Shown here: in pieces, positions 59,157 through 64,000 of the stretch
Numbering within the stretch: position 1 is the first letter of the stretch
Layout of the letters: every line of letters starts with the position of its first letter
From: Candidatus Marinacidobacterales bacterium
Lineage (GTDB): Bacteria; Acidobacteriota; Vicinamibacteria; Marinacidobacterales; SMYC01
DNA: 64,000 nucleotides
Direction: 5' to 3'
Assembly (NCBI GenBank): GCA_965224085.1
Contig: CBDCYI010000011.1
Coordinates: 1,152,001 to 1,216,000, forward strand
Program-made: the position numbers and the translations under genes
Notes under the pieces: model-generated
Seen by the model: the letters and a program-made list of their open reading frames with translations, nothing else
Told to the model about the DNA's origin: nothing
The model's database searches: none

Positions 59157-59780
59157 ATGGCTCGATCCAAATCCAAGACTCCATCGGAGGGTCCGGACGC
59201 CGACTACATAGTCGAGCTGTTCAAGGCTTTGGCCGACCCGATCCGGCTTCGAATCATGGGTCTCCTTGTCGAGGAGGAGCGGTGTGGGCAGGAGCTGGCG
59301 GAGACGCTCAACCTGGCCCCCGGGACGGTCACCCACCACCTGCAGATGCTCCGGCGGCTCGGTCTGCTGAACGAGCAGCGGCGGCCGCCCTATACCTACG
59401 TCAAGCTCGACTACTCGAAGCTGCGCCAGGCGATCGTCCCCTTTCTGAAGAAAGAGAGGGTGCAACAACTCGCGGCCGGCCCGGATGTCGACCGAGAGAA
59501 GCGGTGGGTCCTGAACGCGTTCTTCGACGGAGCGACGCTCAAGTCGATCCCGGCCCAGAGACGGAAGAAGGAGATCGTCTTCGAGGAGATTCTTCGTCGT
59601 CTGCCCGCCAAGAGCTCCTTCAAGGAAGCGACACTCAGCCGGCTCCTCGAGAAGATCCACCCTGACTTCTGCACCATCCGTCGGGAGTTCATCATGGGTC
59701 GCTACATGGAGCGCCAGGATGGGGTCTATAGCTGGACGGAAAAGGGCCGGTCGGTTCGAGCGGGAGCGCGGCAGAGTTGA
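59157..59780 (+). CDS. ArsR/SmtB regulator fused to DUF2087
   Basis: FKALADPIRLRI...TVTHHL HTH; LKSIPAQRRKK...HPDFCTIRREFI...MER..G.Y. Confidence 0.88.
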   Translation: MARSKSKTPSEGPDADYIVELFKALADPIRLRIMGLLVEEERCGQELAETLNLAPGTVTHHLQMLRRLGLLNEQRRPPYTYVKLDYSKLRQAIVPFLKKERVQQLAAGPDVDREKRWVLNAFFDGATLKSIPAQRRKKEIVFEEILRRLPAKSSFKEATLSRLLEKIHPDFCTIRREFIMGRYMERQDGVYSWTEKGRSVRAGARQS

Positions 59781-60139
59781 TCCCGACCGTGATCGGTAAC
59801 TTCTCGCTCGCCCAGACGGCCCCCGCGTAGTGTCTTGAGCGCTGCTCCCGCATGACGTCGTCAGCCAGACGAGGAAGGTCTTGAGCACGCGATCACCTGA
59901 ATCGCCCGGAGTCCACTTGCGCCGCCGCTGCTCTTCGTCACGGGCTTGGGCTGGGTTGGTTTCTCGGTCGTAGATAATTTCCGCGTGCTGCCCATACGAG
60001 AGCTTGGGGGCGACCCATCCTCGGTCTTGTTCGGACAGGCCCGAGCGCGGTCAGCGCCCCGCGCCTCGTCACATCGCGACGCGCGCGAGGGTCTCCGTTG
60101 AGCTGGATGCTGCGGCCCTCGAGGTAACGGGAGCAGCGT

Positions 60140-61395
60140 CGGGCGACCTCACGTTGTGCGGGAACACCGACGCGGGGAAGGCGCGGGTCGACCATCGCGG
60201 TGCCTCGATCGCCTGCTGGACGTTCATGTCGAAGTCGACCACGTTCATGAGTGTCTGCACCGTGCGTTGGATCTGGTCGTCGCCGCCGGGGCTGCCGATG
60301 ATCATGAACGGCTCGCCGTCTTTCATCACGAGCGTGCTCTGCAGCGTCGAGCGCGGCCGCTTGCGAGGCTCGAGCGACTTCGCCTCGCCAGGCACCAGCG
60401 AGTAGTAGTCGCCCCGGCAGTTGAAGATGAATCCGAGATCGCCCATCACAACGCCCGTGCCGAACCCGCTGTGCAGGCTGGGCTCGAAGCTTACCATGTT
60501 CCGGTCCTTGTCGACCACGGCGATGTAGCTCGTGTCCTCCTCGGAGTAGTCCGCCTCGCCCACGTTCACACGCACCTCCGGCCCCGGCTCCAGCCGAAGG
60601 GCCTCCTCGGTCACCTTCGTGAACTTCTCGGGGTCCCCCGGACGAATTTCGGTCGAGGCCTTGTTCGGATCGATCAGCTTGCGGCGCTCGGCGGCATAGG
60701 CCTTTGACAGGAGGCCGTCGAACGGGATTCGCACGAAGTCGGTATCGCCGAGCTGCTCGCGATCCGCGAAGGCGAGCTTGAGCGCTTCCGCGCTCAGATG
60801 GATGTAATCGGCGCTGTTGTGCCCGAACTTCCCGAGCTCGTAGCCCTCGAGGATGTTCAGCATGAACAACTCGGCCGGCCCCTGGGTCGACGACTGGTTC
60901 TTGTACACCTCAAATCCACGGTAGTTGGTCGACACAGGCGTTTCGACCTGCGCGGTGTAGGCGGCGAAGTCCTCGTAGCGGTACAGACCCCCGTTCTCCT
61001 CCGAGAAGTCCGCCATGGCGCGAGCGATGTCACCCTTGTAGAAGCGGTCGCGTGCCGACCGGAGCGCTTCACTCCGTCCCTTGCCGATCGCCGCCTGTTC
61101 CGCCTCGATGAGCTTGCTCAGCATGCGCGCTGCGTCCGGATTGCGGAAGATCTCGCCGGGCTCAGGGGCCACGGCCGTCGGGGTAGTACACCTTCATCGT
61201 CGTCGGGTATTTATGGATCTTCTGCGAGCGCCCAATCGAGCGCGCGAGGCCCTCGCCCATGGGGAAGCCGTTCTCGGCGACGTCGATGGCCGGCTCGAGC
61301 ACCTGGGCGAACGACATCGTACCCCACCGGTCGAGCATCACGTACCACGCATCGATCACGGCCGGCATAGACGCCGAGAGCAGACCGTCGCTCGA
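60140..61395 (-). pseudogene. ggt: Gamma-glutamyltransferase, truncated at both ends and frameshifted
   Basis: FAQVLEPAIDVAENGFP / frameshift ~61170 / RDRFYKGDIA...DTSYIAVVDKDRN...KRPRSTL...GSPGGD...QQAIEAPRW. Confidence 0.85.
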
Positions 61396-61752
61396 GCTCA
61401 TCGATCGCAACCGTCCCGCCGCGGCGGAAATCGCTCAGGAGCCCGGCGCCTGGAAGCTGGCGTTAAAGGATCGTCAAGTCCTGCTCCTCGGGAAAGCCTA
61501 CGAGGGCCGCGCGATGTCGGCCTTCGAGTACTACGGTCACAATCGCGAAAAGCTGCTTGAGCGAGTCCGACAGGGTTCTCCAAACCTATCGCGCGCTTTC
61601 ACTCGACGTAGAGCCGCAAGGACCCCTGGCATGTGGTCGAGAATCCAGAGATGTCCCTCTCCGCGCAGGGGAGTCGAGGCACGGCCCGATGTCTCATCTT
61701 CTCGACGACAAATCGCGCTCGGACGGGTACAATTCATCTGGAAGGAGAGACG

Positions 61753-62106
61753 ATGCGCCTCAAGTCCCTGGTCGCGGTCGTCGTTGCCTCCCTCGCCGCA
61801 GGGATCAGTCTCGGTCAGTTCTCGTTGTTCGAGCGCTTGGACCTCGGCGGGGAGCCGGATCTCTCGAGCGCGCCGGAGTTCGTGTTCGCGCGCGTGCAGT
61901 TCGAGGGAACGTCCGGGCGCCGCCGCGGGGGATGGGCACACGACTACCCGCGGGCCGAGCAGAACCTTCTCAGAATCCTCGACGAGCTGACAGCCGTGCA
62001 CACCGAGCCCGCCGCCCACACGATCGTCTCGCTCGCGAGTCCCGAGATCATGAAGTACCCCGTGCTGTATTTCAGCGAGCCTGGCACGTGGGGCCTCACG
62101 GAGGGG
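61753..62106 (+). pseudogene. DUF4159 domain protein N-terminal part, interrupted by an antisense group II intron
   Basis: Signal peptide, FVFARVQF...WAHDYPRAEQNL...YPVLYFSEPGTW; the intron 3' end abuts at ~62107. Confidence 0.8.
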
Positions 62107-63606
62107 ATGGTCGAGTAGCTCAGCCATTCGGCTTTCGCCCTCACAGATCCGAGCGTGCGGCTTTCCCGCACTCGGCTCCTCCTGAAGGTATACCCGAAAT
62201 CAGACAAGGCAAGGTAGTCGGGACGGAGTGAGGTGAGGGACTGGTAGGGGAAAGCGCTCCAACAACAAGTGAAAACGAGGCCAGGTCATTCGGCGCTGAC
62301 TCCGCCGACGAAGGCTTCGAAACCACAACCGTGTCACCTCCTCAGAAAAGGATTGGAGAGAGCGGATGTTGCTGGGAAGTCCGTAGTACGCGTAGTGACC
62401 GCGCAGCACCTGGCAAAGCCAGCGATGCTGGACGGCGACTGGAGCATGCATACGTTGCTTCGCGCGAAGCCGTAGCGACTTGAGTTTGGCTCGTAGCCGC
62501 TGGCTCTGCGTTTTGCGCTTCACGACGAAACGGCCATCGCGGGTTCTCCCACAATAATGAGTGAAACCCAGGAAAGCGAACGTCGCACACCGCCGAAGGC
62601 CCCGTTGCTCGCGTGACAAGGAAGGTAATCTCCCGAACTCGAGCAAACGGGTCTTGTTCTCGTGGAGCGCAAGCCCGAATCGGGCTAGTCGCTCCTTGAG
62701 CGCTCTCATCATCCTGCTGGCATCGGTCCGATGCTGGAAGCCCATGACGAAGTCGTCAGCGTATCGCACGATGGAAATACGGCCTTGTGCTTCGAGCCGG
62801 CGCCATCGATGAACCCACAGATCTAGAACGTAGTGCAGAAAGACGTTAGCCAAGAGCGGGCTCACACCTGCCCCTTGCGGTGTCCCTTCAGTTGTCTCGC
62901 TCCACTCTCCTTTCTCCAGTACGCCGGCTCGCAACCACTGACGGATGAGTCGAAGGATGCGTTTGTCGGCGACCCGGTGCGAAAGCATCCGCATCAACCA
63001 CTCGTGGTCCACCGAGTCGAAGAACTTGCGGATGTCCGCGTCGAGAACCCAGTTCACGCGTTGCGTCATGAGCGCGGTGTGGAGCGCGTGCAACGCTTGG
63101 TGCGGGCTCCGTCCGGGCCGAAACCCGTACGAGAACCCGATGAAATCGACTTCGTAGACGGCGCTCAAAACCTCGGCTACCGCTCCTTGGACAATCTTGT
63201 CTTCCAGTGCGGGGATGCCAAGAGGGCGCTTTCCGCCATCCGACTTAGGAATGTACACGCGCCGCACCGGTAGTGGTCGGTAGCGACCGGCGTGTACCCG
63301 CGAGCAAAGATCCTTGATGTTGCTCACGAAGTTCTTCTCGTAATCGGCGACAGTCTCTCCGTCGACACCAGCGCTTGCGCTGCGCTTCAACCGACGAAAC
63401 GCTCGATAGAGCGCTTCGTGATCCACGTGATGCAGCAACGCAGTGAACCGAGCCTTTCTATCTCGCTTCGCTGCTTCGTTCACCCGCGTGAGATTTGGCG
63501 GTAAGGCGACCCGGCGCTGTGTCCGGACCTTAGCCCTCTCCCGTGGGTTCCCTCCAGGCCGATCCCTTCCCTCCACCATCTCGTTGCCTTCGATAGCTTC
63601 CTCAGT
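62107..63606 (-). mobile_element. Group II intron 1 (3' part; its 5' RNA domains lie beyond the nested intron)
   Basis: Domain V GAGCCGAGTGCGGGAAAGCCGCACGCTCGGATCT and domain VI ending CTACTCGAC(CAT), downstream of the RT ORF. Confidence 0.88.
62200..63582 (-). CDS. ltrA: Group II intron reverse transcriptase/maturase (no endonuclease domain)
   Basis: RPLGIPALEDK, SYGFRPGRS, LDADIRKFFD, GTPQG, RYADD, FAFLGF and maturase LRGHYAYY; start approximate. Confidence 0.93.
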   Translation of the reverse strand, partial: EMVEGRDRPGGNPRERAKVRTQRRVALPPNLTRVNEAAKRDRKARFTALLHHVDHEALYRAFRRLKRSASAGVDGETVADYEKNFVSNIKDLCSRVHAGRYRPLPVRRVYIPKSDGGKRPLGIPALEDKIVQGAVAEVLSAVYEVDFIGFSYGFRPGRSPHQALHALHTALMTQRVNWVLDADIRKFFDSVDHEWLMRMLSHRVADKRILRLIRQWLRAGVLEKGEWSETTEGTPQGAGVSPLLANVFLHYVLDLWVHRWRRLEAQGRISIVRYADDFVMGFQHRTDASRMMRALKERLARFGLALHENKTRLLEFGRLPSLSREQRGLRRCATFAFLGFTHYCGRTRDGRFVVKRKTQSQRLRAKLKSLRLRAKQRMHAPVAVQHRWLCQVLRGHYAYYGLPSNIRSLQSFSEEVTRLWFRSLRRRSQRRMTWPRFHLLLERFPLPVPHLTPSRLPCLV

Positions 63607-64000
63607 GTCGGGTCGGAGGGGGCGCACCGCAGCGCTGACCCCCGTCCGCCGCTCAAACCGGACATACAGTTTTCCCGTATCCGGCTTTCACAAAGGTTGG
63701 ATTATTCATCGCGGCTTGATGGAAGGAATCAGGAAGACAAAGCGTACGAGGCCCATCTCATCGTAGAGCTGACGCTCCGGGAGCTGCTTCCACCCCCGAC
63801 AGCGCCAGCGTTTGAACCGATGCGACCAGATACGTCGCAGGATCCAACGATCGAGACGCGCGAAGAGCTTGCGGACGTGAGCTTTATGATAGTAAAGACC
63901 CCAACCGCGAATAACCGGGTTGATCTCGTCGATTAGCTGCTGCGTACTCACAGGAGCTTTGCGACAGGTCCGTCGCCGAATCTGATCCTTGAAGTGCTGG
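63607..64000 (-). mobile_element. Group II intron 2 (3' end), nested inside intron 1
   Basis: Different domain V AAGCCGGATACGGGAAAACTGTATGTCCGGTTT and domain VI ending CCGACCCGAC at 63607. Confidence 0.85.
63706..64000 (-). CDS. ltrA: Group II intron maturase C-terminus (partial, second intron)
   Basis: FKDQIRRRT...LIDEINPVIRGWGLYY...FARLDRWILRR domain X motif. Confidence 0.85.
   Translation of the reverse strand, partial: QHFKDQIRRRTCRKAPVSTQQLIDEINPVIRGWGLYYHKAHVRKLFARLDRWILRRIWSHRFKRWRCRGWKQLPERQLYDEMGLVRFVFLIPSIKPR

Noticed and set aside
62200-63582. RT as a retron, DGR or defence RT
   Set aside because: It has a maturase domain and is followed by canonical group II domains V and VI; no template/variable repeat pair was seen.

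Overview
GC-rich bacterial DNA. The gene content (DUF1592/DUF1552/ankyrin cluster, CRTAC1-like proteins, secreted amidohydrolases, PD40-kinase tails, DUF885, DUF4159) suggests Acidobacteriota, probably Vicinamibacteria-like; this taxonomy is an inference. Intact housekeeping and accessory genes (Nudix, adenine deaminase, amidohydrolases, arfB, DinB, GT39, Mo-hydroxylase pair, DSD1-type PLP enzyme, ArsR-DUF2087) are mixed with many gene remnants: truncations, internal deletions, frameshifts and nonsense codons. The sdhCAB operon is among the decaying loci. Mobile DNA comprises two copies of an ISNCY/IS5-like element, a second truncated IS carrying a DUF6788-like gene, an IS200/IS605 tnpA element, an IS5 (IS903-like) element, a 3261-bp near-perfect segmental duplication and two nested group II introns. 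There are two main candidates for undescribed systems. (1) A three-copy HNH nuclease family, each copy carrying ~20-24-bp palindromes of the form ACTCT-N8-AGAGT, upstream of and/or inside the gene, with a copy-specific self-complementary core. (2) A cryptic tRNA/pseudo-tRNA operon behind a sigma70 promoter and a leader-peptide terminator/antiterminator, i.e. a likely translation-stress attenuator. All family assignments come from recognising motifs by eye; no searches were run.
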